Shown in pieces: positions 1 to 9,428 of a stretch of DNA of 64,000 nucleotides (within the stretch, counting starts at the first letter, position 1; each line of letters begins with the position of its first letter). This DNA comes from a virus (Duplodnaviria > Caudoviricetes), in IMG/VR virus record IMGVR_UViG_3300025018_000003, positions 1 to 64,000 of that record; one strand, 5' to 3'. The position numbers and the translations under genes are program-made. The notes under the pieces are model-generated. The model did not search any database, was not told the origin of the DNA, and saw only the letters and a list, made by a program, of their open reading frames with translations.

Positions 1-291
1 CATGGACGAGACAACTACCAAGTACAATGCTTTGGACCATTGGTGCATGGGTGGATCGTATCCGACGGTGGTGGATCGCCCTACGCGCAGTTCCAAGTGG
101 ACAACATCTTCCACAACCTGGCGGCGACCAACATCACAGTGAATCAGATCGGGTTCTACGTGGGGAGGAGAAGCCTTACGGATTCCATAGGAGAGGGGAA
201 CGCGATCTGCAGCAACCGTCTAGCAGCCCCGTTCACCCTGAACGCAGGGGAAGTCTGCAAGGTAACCTACTACTTCCGAGTCAACCTGTAA
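1..291 (+). CDS. C-terminal part of a beta-rich virion structural protein (5' truncated)
   Basis: Frame 1 is open from base 1 to TAA at 289-291. It ends ...ITVNQIGFYV...NRLAAPFTLNAGEVCKVTYYFRVNL, a pattern typical of phage tail-associated beta-sandwich proteins. Confidence 0.55.
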   Translation, partial: HGRDNYQVQCFGPLVHGWIVSDGGGSPYAQFQVDNIFHNLAATNITVNQIGFYVGRRSLTDSIGEGNAICSNRLAAPFTLNAGEVCKVTYYFRVNL

Positions 292-293
292 CC

Positions 294-701
294 ATGAAGC
301 CAACCCACATCATCATCCACACCGCGGCCTTCAAGGGAGACGCCGACATCTCTGACATCGACCGCTGGCACAAGGAGCGCGGCTTCGCCCGGGTAGGATA
401 CCACTGGTACATCCGCCGGGACGGCACTGTGCAGGCTGGCAGGATGGAGAACGAGAAGGGAGCGCACTGCGTAGACATGGGGATGAACTCCAAGGCCATC
501 GGCATCTGTTTTGAAGGCCATGGAGACTTCCAGGTCTTCACGGATGCCCAGCGGCAGGCCCTTTTGATCCTCTACAGGGAAATCCGCAGCCGCTGGGCAA
601 TTCCGGTCCAGAATGTGCTGGGACACCGAGAGACCGGTGCCAAGAAGTCCTGCCCCGGCAACCTCATCGACATGCACGAACTCAGGGAGTTCCTAGCCTG
701 A
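294..701 (+). CDS. N-acetylmuramoyl-L-alanine amidase (T7 lysozyme/Amidase_2-like endolysin)
   Basis: MKPTHIIIHTAA...VGYHWYIRRDG...GAHC...SKAIGICFEG...LGHRETGAKKSCPG has the Zn-binding H...H...C of T7-type amidases. The start is placed at ATG 294, not at the ORF-track start of 27. Confidence 0.9.
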   Translation: MKPTHIIIHTAAFKGDADISDIDRWHKERGFARVGYHWYIRRDGTVQAGRMENEKGAHCVDMGMNSKAIGICFEGHGDFQVFTDAQRQALLILYREIRSRWAIPVQNVLGHRETGAKKSCPGNLIDMHELREFLA

Positions 702-702
702 T

Positions 703-3700
703 ATGCGCTTCCAGAACGGCATCCATCAGGATCAGCACGAGTCCAGGCAGCCGGAAGGCACCTACCGGGATGCGTACAACATGATCCTGGACGACGAGCG
801 AGGAGCCCTCCGCAATGAGCAGGGCACCTCGCAGATCACGTCCATCTCGACGAACTACAAGATCGTCGGATCTACCATGCTGTCCGATGGCCGCACAGTT
901 CTCCTGTCGCGGTACGTGGCTCCGTACACCTACGTGCTCACCTTCACGTATACTGGACCGGCGCTCCCTGACGACATCATCATCCTGGACATCAACGGGA
1001 CGTCGTATGTCTCCACCGCCGCCCCTCCTGTCTCAGGTGGCTTGGACGAGTGGATCGAGGATGAAGGGTACAAGCTGGCAGCACTGGACGTCCCCATCAA
1101 CGTGGAGCGGACCTCGTCCAACCAGCTCACCTTCACCTGCGATGAGCCTCTGGTGATCGCCGATGGCGGCAGCACCGGGTGGACGTTCCTGCAGACGTCT
1201 CTCGGTCAGGTGACCTCCAGCCAGATCGGAATCTTCAACGGCACCTCGTACTCCCTGGTGCTCTCGGACTCTGGTTGGGCCGCGGCCAACAAGCTGAACC
1301 TCGGTGGTGTCTGTGAGATGACGTCGAGGATCAACCACAACGACGAGTTCCTAATCTACTGGACCGACGACGTCAATCCGCCGCGGTACCTGAACCTATC
1401 GCTGGAAGATGGGACGGAAAGGACTGCAGACAGCTTCACCCTCTTCCCCACCATCGAGAAGCATCCGTACTTCCAGTTCGAAGGACTGGTGGCCGGTGGC
1501 TCTCTGGGAGCAGGGACGTACAACATCGCCCTGTCGTACGTGACCCAGGATGGGACGCAGACCGGATGGTTCTACGTCTCCCATCCCATCTCCATCAACG
1601 ACGACACCAACACGGACTTCCCCAACGAGTATGATGGGGCTCCGAATGACTATCCGACGAACAAGGCGATCAAGTTCTCGATCACCAACGTCGACACCAA
1701 CTACACGTATCTCAGGGTCGCTCTCATCGACGGCTCTGATGTCCGCGTGATGCCTGATCGCGTGATCTCCCTGGTCGACGGTGTTCTGACGATGACGGTC
1801 ACCGGCAACGAGGCCTACACCGACGGCAGCCTGGAAGAGATCGCCATCCCAACGGCCTACTACACGAAGGCCAAGACCCTCCGCCAGGTCGATGATCGCC
1901 TGTACCTGGGCAACGTCGAGACCTTGGATAGCGAGTTCGACTATCAAAAGTACGCGAACAATATCCAGGTCTACGCGGTCACCGAGGACTTCGACATCGT
2001 CAACGACCTCGGGTACAAGGATCACCAGTTCTCGTTCACCAACAAGAGCTTCCGGAGAGACGAGGTCTACGCCCTGTACCTCTCGTGGGTACTCAAGGAC
2101 GGGTCTGAGACCAAGGCCTTCCACATTCCGGGGAGACCCACTGGGGGTACGGCTGAGGGCAAGTCCTACGGGTATGTTCGGTTCCTGTCTTCGGCTCCCT
2201 CCTCCATCGCGGCGGCCACCGTCAGGACCGAGATCTACAACGACCTCTGGACGACGTCCATCCCGAACAGCTTGAGGATTCAGCTCATCGCTTCTGCGCC
2301 GACGCTGGCCGCCCTTGGCTTCCCACTGGCCACGGACGCCTACTGGGACTGCCCCATCTGGACCGGTCAGGGCCCCGCGGACATCATCGATGAGATCCTC
2401 CTGAACTGGATCGACGTTCCTCCGGCTGCCTGGAAGACGAACCTCAACATCTACAAGGATCCCGAGGACAGCAACGCTCTGTACTTCTCCAACAAGACCG
2501 GCAACAACGAGGACTGGAACGGTATCGAGATCAGCTTCACGATGCTCAGCGGCAAAGACGGTCTCGTGATGGACGGCTACGGTGGTGGCATCTACTTCTC
2601 TGGTGGTGAGGACGATGAAGGCCAGCTGATCGACACCGCCACCGTGAGCTTCTACGGGGAGACGGTCAACCACGAGGTCTACGGTGGAGACACGCCAGAC
2701 ATGCTGGCGTCCAACCTGAGCACAGCCCTGAACCTGAACGGCACCCTGACTGGCGTCTACGTCATCGCGGTAGATGGGGTGGACACCGCAAAGGTCAACA
2801 TCACGGCGCTTTCTGTCGGCACTCCGCCAGATCAGTACAACAGTCCGCTGGTGCTGGACTACTCTGGCATCTCCAGCCTGTCCGTCACCGCCTTTGGGGT
2901 TGGTGGCGGCAACGAGTTCTACGCCCTCAACGAAGCCCAACTTCTCACCGACCTGGCGGCAACTCCAGCCAACCTGCCGTACATCCAGCGCATCCTGGAC
3001 GCCTTCAACATCCCGGGAGGTGGCTACGATACCGCCAAGCTGTTCCACTTCTCTGGTGCCGCGGACTCCGAGACCGGCATGGGCTACTGGGAGAATGCGA
3101 ACGAGGACTACCCGGATACGGATGACTGGGACATCTGGGAAGTGGTCGCAGGAAGCGGACAGAACACTGGCCGGACTCTCCGTGGTGAGAAGGTCCGGCA
3201 TCATCGTTTTCCGGACAACTACTCGTCGACGTACTTCGATGGCACGGATACGGATGACAACGCCACCGCGCTTGGCTTCAAGCTGGTGAACGTGGCCATC
3301 CCTGATGAGCTGGCCTCGGATGTGATCGGCTTCAAGGTCTACTACGCCAAGCGGACTGACAACAACCGCGTGGTGATCGACTCCGGGCAGTTCATCTACC
3401 AGGGAGTGGACAGCTCCACCCCGGGATCCGAGTTCTGGTACAGCCAGAACAAGGCCTCTGATCCGCTGGCGAGCAACACCCGGTCTCAGACTGTGGGTGC
3501 GGTACATCCCTTCAACATGCTCCGCAACTACCCGAATATCAACCTGGCCTACGTGGACTTCATCAAGTCCGTGGCCAACATCGATGACACGCTCATCGCG
3601 GAAGATGGCGGAGCTGGATCCACCAGCGCCCGTGTGGGCATCGGATCCTACGTCCCTGAGGCCATCCCTCGTGTGCGTGCAGTAGTGGCCAAGACGTACA

Positions 3701-5682
3701 TCGCTGAAGGCAAGGTCCAGACGGATGTCGGCAGCGGCGGCTTCAGCTACCCGTACTACCAGAATGATCCTGGCGTTTCCAAGATCCTCCTGGAGCTGGA
3801 CAGCGAGTTGCACCCGATCATCGCAGGTGGTGGGTATGTGATCACGCTGTACGGTACCAACGGAACCGTGACCATCCAGATCGAAGGTGTGGACTATGAC
3901 GAGGTTTTCGACACAGACCTCGACACCACGGCAACAAATTGGGTGGCTAGTCATGGCGGAACTCTGGCTGCTCTGAGCCCCTCGATCACCGCCACCAAGA
4001 CTGGCGTGGGAGAGATCACTCTCACCTGCTCCAGTGACATCGTGGTGTTCAACAACACCGAGAGCGGAGATATGGGTTTCAATGTGGTGTCTGGATACAA
4101 CACCCAGTCGAACCACATGGTCAACCTCTGCTCGTTCAAGCTGGACTTGTACAACAGCTTCACGGAGCAGGCCCTAGTCTGGACTGGGTACTTCCAGGAG
4201 ACGGTGGAAGCTGAGAACGAGCCCTTCGACAGCCTCACCGTCTGGCACGCGGCCAACCAGACCGGCAACATCTTCGGTGGCGACACCTTCATCGTGCCGT
4301 ACTCCTTCAAGGAGCACATGGACGAAGGACTGGGTACGACCACCACCCACTCCCACGACGTCATCGTGGAGTCCGACGACAACATCGGAATGCGCCACAC
4401 CGGTGACCTGGAGTGGGAGGTCTACTACCCGAAGACCACCAGGCCCCTCTTCATCGATCCTGGTGTCTATCCGGATGGTGGAGATAAGTTCGACATCGAC
4501 AACCCGTTCTCCTACAACAACGAGTACTCGGCCCAGCAGGACTGGAAGGTGGCTGTGCCGTACGACAGCAGTGAGCCCGACCCCACGTCCTACCCGACCA
4601 GGGTTGTGAGATCTCAGGCGTCAGACGGCAGCATCAAGGACCACTTCCGCAAGTTCCTGGTCGACGACTACAAGGACTTCCCGCGTCAGCGTGGAGAGCT
4701 GATCCACCTGGCCAACATGGGCTCGGTGATCGTTGCCCACATGCAGCGCGGCCTCTACCGTACCCGCGGCAAGGAAGAGCTGAGCTTCAGCGACATCCGA
4801 GCCTTCATCGGATCCGGTGACATCTTCTCCGTCGAGCCAACTGAGCTGGGGTCCACGGAGATCGGACTTGGTGGACTCCAGGATCAGAGGGCCGCCGTGG
4901 TCACCGGAGTCGGGTACTTCTGGATCGACAGACTGGCCAAGCGGATCTACAAGCTTTCCGACGGAGGTCTGACGGATGTCACCGGCGGCCTCACGTACTG
5001 GATGGAAGAGAACCTCGACAACCTGGGCATCCTGCACCTGGTCGAGGACACGGCAGAGGAGCGTCTCTTGATCACCGGGTACGACGGCACCACCGAGGCC
5101 ACGCTGTCCATGGACCTCGCGTCCGGGTACTGGACCAGCTTCCATTCGTACACTCCTCACTGGTACTTCGGTACCCCCAACAAGCTCTACTCTGTGGAGG
5201 CCTCCAAGATCTGGAGACACCACGTCGGCAACTACGGGAACTTCTACGGGACTGAATACGACTCCTACGTCGAGTTCGTAGACAACGATCCTCCAGGGAA
5301 GCAGAAGCAGATTGCCTACCTGATCATGGAGACCGTAGTTGATACGGCTGGCGTCGAGAGCATGAGCAAGACGTTCAGCACCTATCGGGTCACGAACTCC
5401 TACCAGGACACGGGAACTGTTCCCATCGACACCACCGTTACATTCTCCAGCGCCACTGGCAACGCTCGTAGGCATCGTGGCTTCTGGCGTATGAACGTAG
5501 GCAGAGACACCCTCAACATCCCAGCTGCAGCTGATCGCAGGTACGGGGCATCCAAGATTTCAGCTTACCAGAAGCGTCTTATTGATAGATGGCACAAGGT
5601 TCGCTTGACTTTGGACAACTCGGCCAACGATTTGCTGTACATCTTCCACGCGCAACTCGTGACTCGCCAGTCAAAGAGATGA
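703..5682 (+). CDS. crAss-like tail stabilisation/muzzle protein (P22 gp10-like) with inserted domains, 1659 aa
   Basis: N-terminal EGTYRDAYNMILDDERGALRNEQG, YWTDDVNPPRYLNL, KSFRRDEVYALY and GEKVRHHRFP motifs; C-terminal beta-propeller-like WTSFHSYTPHWYF and RRHRGFWRMNV...IDRWHKVRL. It lies just upstream of the cargo genes, as in crAss-like phages. Confidence 0.75.
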   Translation: MRFQNGIHQDQHESRQPEGTYRDAYNMILDDERGALRNEQGTSQITSISTNYKIVGSTMLSDGRTVLLSRYVAPYTYVLTFTYTGPALPDDIIILDINGTSYVSTAAPPVSGGLDEWIEDEGYKLAALDVPINVERTSSNQLTFTCDEPLVIADGGSTGWTFLQTSLGQVTSSQIGIFNGTSYSLVLSDSGWAAANKLNLGGVCEMTSRINHNDEFLIYWTDDVNPPRYLNLSLEDGTERTADSFTLFPTIEKHPYFQFEGLVAGGSLGAGTYNIALSYVTQDGTQTGWFYVSHPISINDDTNTDFPNEYDGAPNDYPTNKAIKFSITNVDTNYTYLRVALIDGSDVRVMPDRVISLVDGVLTMTVTGNEAYTDGSLEEIAIPTAYYTKAKTLRQVDDRLYLGNVETLDSEFDYQKYANNIQVYAVTEDFDIVNDLGYKDHQFSFTNKSFRRDEVYALYLSWVLKDGSETKAFHIPGRPTGGTAEGKSYGYVRFLSSAPSSIAAATVRTEIYNDLWTTSIPNSLRIQLIASAPTLAALGFPLATDAYWDCPIWTGQGPADIIDEILLNWIDVPPAAWKTNLNIYKDPEDSNALYFSNKTGNNEDWNGIEISFTMLSGKDGLVMDGYGGGIYFSGGEDDEGQLIDTATVSFYGETVNHEVYGGDTPDMLASNLSTALNLNGTLTGVYVIAVDGVDTAKVNITALSVGTPPDQYNSPLVLDYSGISSLSVTAFGVGGGNEFYALNEAQLLTDLAATPANLPYIQRILDAFNIPGGGYDTAKLFHFSGAADSETGMGYWENANEDYPDTDDWDIWEVVAGSGQNTGRTLRGEKVRHHRFPDNYSSTYFDGTDTDDNATALGFKLVNVAIPDELASDVIGFKVYYAKRTDNNRVVIDSGQFIYQGVDSSTPGSEFWYSQNKASDPLASNTRSQTVGAVHPFNMLRNYPNINLAYVDFIKSVANIDDTLIAEDGGAGSTSARVGIGSYVPEAIPRVRAVVAKTYIAEGKVQTDVGSGGFSYPYYQNDPGVSKILLELDSELHPIIAGGGYVITLYGTNGTVTIQIEGVDYDEVFDTDLDTTATNWVASHGGTLAALSPSITATKTGVGEITLTCSSDIVVFNNTESGDMGFNVVSGYNTQSNHMVNLCSFKLDLYNSFTEQALVWTGYFQETVEAENEPFDSLTVWHAANQTGNIFGGDTFIVPYSFKEHMDEGLGTTTTHSHDVIVESDDNIGMRHTGDLEWEVYYPKTTRPLFIDPGVYPDGGDKFDIDNPFSYNNEYSAQQDWKVAVPYDSSEPDPTSYPTRVVRSQASDGSIKDHFRKFLVDDYKDFPRQRGELIHLANMGSVIVAHMQRGLYRTRGKEELSFSDIRAFIGSGDIFSVEPTELGSTEIGLGGLQDQRAAVVTGVGYFWIDRLAKRIYKLSDGGLTDVTGGLTYWMEENLDNLGILHLVEDTAEERLLITGYDGTTEATLSMDLASGYWTSFHSYTPHWYFGTPNKLYSVEASKIWRHHVGNYGNFYGTEYDSYVEFVDNDPPGKQKQIAYLIMETVVDTAGVESMSKTFSTYRVTNSYQDTGTVPIDTTVTFSSATGNARRHRGFWRMNVGRDTLNIPAAADRRYGASKISAYQKRLIDRWHKVRLTLDNSANDLLYIFHAQLVTRQSKR

Positions 5683-7241
5683 ACTACACCAGAAACTACA
5701 TGTACGGAGGCCAGCCCGTCGTCAACCAGTACGGTCTCGGCGGCTTCTTCAAGTCGGTAGGGAAAGCCGTTGGCAGCGTTGCCAAGGTGGCTCTTCCCGT
5801 AGCAGCGGCCTTCATCCCAGGTGTCGGTGGCATCGCGGCCCCTCTCGTTGCTGGTCTGATGAATAGAGGTGGTGGAAGCTCCCCTCAGGATCAGGCCCAG
5901 CAGCAGGTGCAGGCCGGTACCGGTGACGCCGCTGCCGCTACTGGGGTCACCGATGAGGCGCTGCAGGAGACGATGCAGTCCCACATCGAGCAGATGCATG
6001 CCCGTCGGACTGATGCACGCGCATCCGTCGGCGGCGGATTCCGCTATGGTGGGGCCCTCCCCTACCGTACTGGCGGAGCCCTGCGACGTCTGCGCGGTGG
6101 AGCTGTGGAGTTCCAGGGACCTTCCCACGAGAACGGAGGCATCCGTCTCAGCCCTAACGTGGAAGTCGAGGGCGGGGAAACCATGGACAGGGTCTACAAC
6201 AAGGACTACGTCTTTTCGAACATGAATACTGTCCCTGGCTCTACCCTGACCTTCGCCAAGTACCACAAGAACGGCGTCCAGAGAGGGGCTGGAGAGGAGT
6301 GGGTGGAGAACCTGGCGAAGCTGCAGGAACGTGTGACTGGCCGTATGCCTGCGGATGGAAAGTACGCGGGTGGGGGTTGGCTTTCCGCGGCTGGCAGCTG
6401 GCTTGGTAACAACAGTGGGACAATCGCCAGTCTGGCACCCAGCCTTCTGAACCTTGGTCGAGGCATCTTCTCCTCGACCAGCGCTCCCGTGATGCAGCAG
6501 ATCCAGGCTCAGCAGATCGAAGGCCCCAGCCGAGCAGACTTCGGTCCAGTGAGCCGGTCAGGTCTGGATGAGCTGGGAACGCACGCCGATGTCCGCTTCA
6601 ACAACAAGGAAGCCTTCGCCCGCAATGCGGCGGCTCTCCGGACTGCGACTCAGGGAATGGGCACTGCTGGCAGACTGGCGGCCCTTGCTCAGGCCCGGCG
6701 TGGAAATCTGGAGATGCAGTCCCAATTCCAGCAGCAGCAGGACGTGTTCAATGCTCAGCGGCGTGACGCTCTCCGCGGACAGCGTGCAACCCTGGCCGGA
6801 CAGTACGACCTGGCTGATGCCAGCAATCGGACCAACTTTGCGCAGATGCTGCAGCAGGCGCGTACCTTCAACGCGGGTCAGCGCAGCAGCGCCGATCAGT
6901 TCAACACCCAGGCCGACTACCAGAATCAGGTTGGTCGTCAGCAGGCGGAGAATGCTCGTTGGGATCTCATCAACAGTGCGGCCACCGGGGTATCCCAGTA
7001 CGCCCAGACCATGCGAGACTACAACCTGCAGAGAGAAGCCAATCAGACAGCTCTCGAAGTGGCCAAGGCCGGTACCTCTGAAGCGACGAGGAATCGGATG
7101 AATCAGACCAGCGTCTTCGGCGGAGGGTACCGTCCCCCAGTCTTCAACCCAGGGATCAACGGCGGCTTCAATCCGCAGCTCACTGCTCCCAAGCCCCAGA
7201 TCAATCTCGGGCCCATGATGAACTTCAGACCGAAGCGATAG
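5679..7241 (+). CDS. Ejection/cargo protein 1-like (Gly/Ala/Gln-rich, amphipathic N-terminus)
   Basis: The start ATG overlaps the upstream stop (ATGA at 5679-5682). It contains the crAss-type GPSHENGGI...VEVEGGETM...YVFSN motif and a Q/A-rich helical C-terminal half. Confidence 0.75.
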   Translation: MNYTRNYMYGGQPVVNQYGLGGFFKSVGKAVGSVAKVALPVAAAFIPGVGGIAAPLVAGLMNRGGGSSPQDQAQQQVQAGTGDAAAATGVTDEALQETMQSHIEQMHARRTDARASVGGGFRYGGALPYRTGGALRRLRGGAVEFQGPSHENGGIRLSPNVEVEGGETMDRVYNKDYVFSNMNTVPGSTLTFAKYHKNGVQRGAGEEWVENLAKLQERVTGRMPADGKYAGGGWLSAAGSWLGNNSGTIASLAPSLLNLGRGIFSSTSAPVMQQIQAQQIEGPSRADFGPVSRSGLDELGTHADVRFNNKEAFARNAAALRTATQGMGTAGRLAALAQARRGNLEMQSQFQQQQDVFNAQRRDALRGQRATLAGQYDLADASNRTNFAQMLQQARTFNAGQRSSADQFNTQADYQNQVGRQQAENARWDLINSAATGVSQYAQTMRDYNLQREANQTALEVAKAGTSEATRNRMNQTSVFGGGYRPPVFNPGINGGFNPQLTAPKPQINLGPMMNFRPKR

Positions 7242-9428
7242 ATGGCCATCACCCCCTACACGACCGCAGCGAAGCAGACCTTCATCCCGATGAAGGACTA
7301 CACGCCGGTGGAGATCATCACCGGTGTCATGGACAAGTTCGATGCTCGTCAAGCGGAAGGCTTGGCCGCCGCGGACAAGCTCGATCTCCTGCGTCAACAG
7401 CTGGCGCAGAAGGTGCTTCCTGAACAGCAGGCATTCGCTGATGAGGCCCTGAAGCGGGCCAACGATGAGATGGCCACCCTGGCTGAGAGCGGAGACTACA
7501 TCGACGCCATGCCCAAGCTGCGTCGTCTGGCCAACCAGATGAACCAGGACTTCCAGAACCTGAACGCCAACTACTCGCTGGTGCAGGACAGGCGGGAGCA
7601 GATCGAGAAGATCATGGCAGACAACCCGGAAGCTCTGACTCCGGATGACGTCTCCTACTTCCTCAACGAGCCCCGTGCTGCCCTGGCTTCTGGGCGGGAC
7701 GCGAAGTTCAATGCTCCGGTGCTCACCACGCGTGTGGATCGGCGCAAGATCCTGCAGGACTTCTACGACAAGCTCACCCCAGACACCCTGGTGGATGTCC
7801 GCACGGAAGGAGGCCGGATCATCAAGAAGCAGCTCAAGGAGCTGTCCCCGGAGAAGATTGTTGAGGCAGGCAAGCTGTTGCTGGAGAGCAACGCTGCCAT
7901 CCGTGCTGAACAGCAGCGTGACTTTGAGCGCACTCGTGGCCGCATGGGAGAAGATCCTGAGGCCGAGTACGCGTGGTCGCAGTACGAGCGCATCCAAGAT
8001 GAGAAGGTCAAGGTCGACGCCGACACCTCCCTGACCGCGGATCAGAAGGCCCAGCGGAAGGCTGAGCTGGACGAAGAGTACGCCACCATCGAGAAGAACG
8101 CCGAGAGCTTCATGCGGCGCAACTTCATCGAGGATGACATGCGTCGGACCATCTCTCCCTTCCTGAGCATGGCCTTCAGAGACCAGAGCGGCAGCAACAT
8201 CACCACGGACCAGGCCTACTGGAATCATCAGGATGCTGTTGCTGCTCGTGCCAAGCAGCTGAGAGAAGCCCGGGATGAGCAGAACCTCGCAGGCCAGCTG
8301 ATCCCGACCAGCGGAATGTTCTCTGACTTCAGCGTGATCGCAGGCGGCGGTACCAACACCGGTTCTGCCCGGGCCACGCTGTCCAACCAGCGGGCCATGG
8401 TGGACGAGCAGATCTCCCAGCTGGATCCAAACTCTCCGCAATACCGTCTGGCAGTCCTGGACCGCGACAAGTTGGACTGGGACATGGGCCGCCTCAACGT
8501 CCTGGATGACGAAGCCCAGGCCCGGGCAGGCATCACGGATGAACAGATGGCCAGGGTCGACGCCCTTCGTGCTGAGCAGCCCACTCGTCCTCCGGGTGTC
8601 GCCGAGGACATCGTCGAGAACGAAAGGGCCCTGTGGAAGGCAGAGGGTGGCGACCGCATGAAGCCCGGCTACTACTCCTGGTACAACCGCCTCTCCCAGA
8701 CCGAGAAGGACTACATCCGCGACTACAACGAGTGGAAGGGCAAACTCTCCTCCGAAGAAGGAGAACTCAACGACAGGATGCAGAAGGCCACCGACGAGAT
8801 TCTCTCTGAGCGTGGCATGCGCTCCGTTCCTGTTGTTGTGCCCAGGAAGGCCGAGGACGCTTCTCACATCGAGCGCTTCCTCAACCTGTTCTCTGGATCC
8901 CGGGTCTTCGAAGGAGACCTGATTCACAACAAGGAGGTGGAGCAGAAGGAGATCGGCGACAAGCCTCTCGCCGCGGAAGTGTACGGCTGGACTTCTCAGC
9001 CGGTGGCTTTGAACGACGGCACCATCGGCTACCAGGTGGTGGCCAAGGTCGGCACCGGAGACAAGGCCAAGAAGTACACCTACTTCGTGGAGGATGTCCC
9101 AGCCTTCCGTCAGATGTTGGCCGGGAACGACTCTGTCTCTCAGTCCACCAACGCCACCGAGGTCGGGTGGATGCTCCACCAGATCCCCACTAACCGTGGG
9201 ACAGAGCCCATCATCGGTGGACAGAACGTCTGGGGAGACGGAGCTGTCATCCGCCGCACGGGAGCAGATACCTTCGCCATCGAAGTCCCGGGGCAGCAGC
9301 CAGTTATCCGCAAAGAGAGCGATCTTGTACACGAACTTGAAGCCCGCCGCCGTCTCTTCTTGCAGACTGGCAGCATAGTACCTCAGCAGAATGCCAGCAC
9401 CGCCCCTGTTCCTGACGGATCAAACTGA
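7242..9428 (+). CDS. Ejection/cargo protein, helical, 728 aa
   Basis: Abuts the previous stop (TAG-ATG) and shows the genome's codon bias. The N-terminus (MAITPYTTAAKQTFIPMKDYTPVE) resembles crAss-like cargo proteins; no catalytic motif was recognised. Confidence 0.7.
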   Translation: MAITPYTTAAKQTFIPMKDYTPVEIITGVMDKFDARQAEGLAAADKLDLLRQQLAQKVLPEQQAFADEALKRANDEMATLAESGDYIDAMPKLRRLANQMNQDFQNLNANYSLVQDRREQIEKIMADNPEALTPDDVSYFLNEPRAALASGRDAKFNAPVLTTRVDRRKILQDFYDKLTPDTLVDVRTEGGRIIKKQLKELSPEKIVEAGKLLLESNAAIRAEQQRDFERTRGRMGEDPEAEYAWSQYERIQDEKVKVDADTSLTADQKAQRKAELDEEYATIEKNAESFMRRNFIEDDMRRTISPFLSMAFRDQSGSNITTDQAYWNHQDAVAARAKQLREARDEQNLAGQLIPTSGMFSDFSVIAGGGTNTGSARATLSNQRAMVDEQISQLDPNSPQYRLAVLDRDKLDWDMGRLNVLDDEAQARAGITDEQMARVDALRAEQPTRPPGVAEDIVENERALWKAEGGDRMKPGYYSWYNRLSQTEKDYIRDYNEWKGKLSSEEGELNDRMQKATDEILSERGMRSVPVVVPRKAEDASHIERFLNLFSGSRVFEGDLIHNKEVEQKEIGDKPLAAEVYGWTSQPVALNDGTIGYQVVAKVGTGDKAKKYTYFVEDVPAFRQMLAGNDSVSQSTNATEVGWMLHQIPTNRGTEPIIGGQNVWGDGAVIRRTGADTFAIEVPGQQPVIRKESDLVHELEARRRLFLQTGSIVPQQNASTAPVPDGSN

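Noticed and set aside
27-293. ORF-track N-terminal extension of the amidase (and similar upstream extensions of dut, macro, nrdJ and the 57219 gene)
   Set aside because: The extensions overlap other genes or terminators and lack homology; downstream coupled ATGs were used instead.
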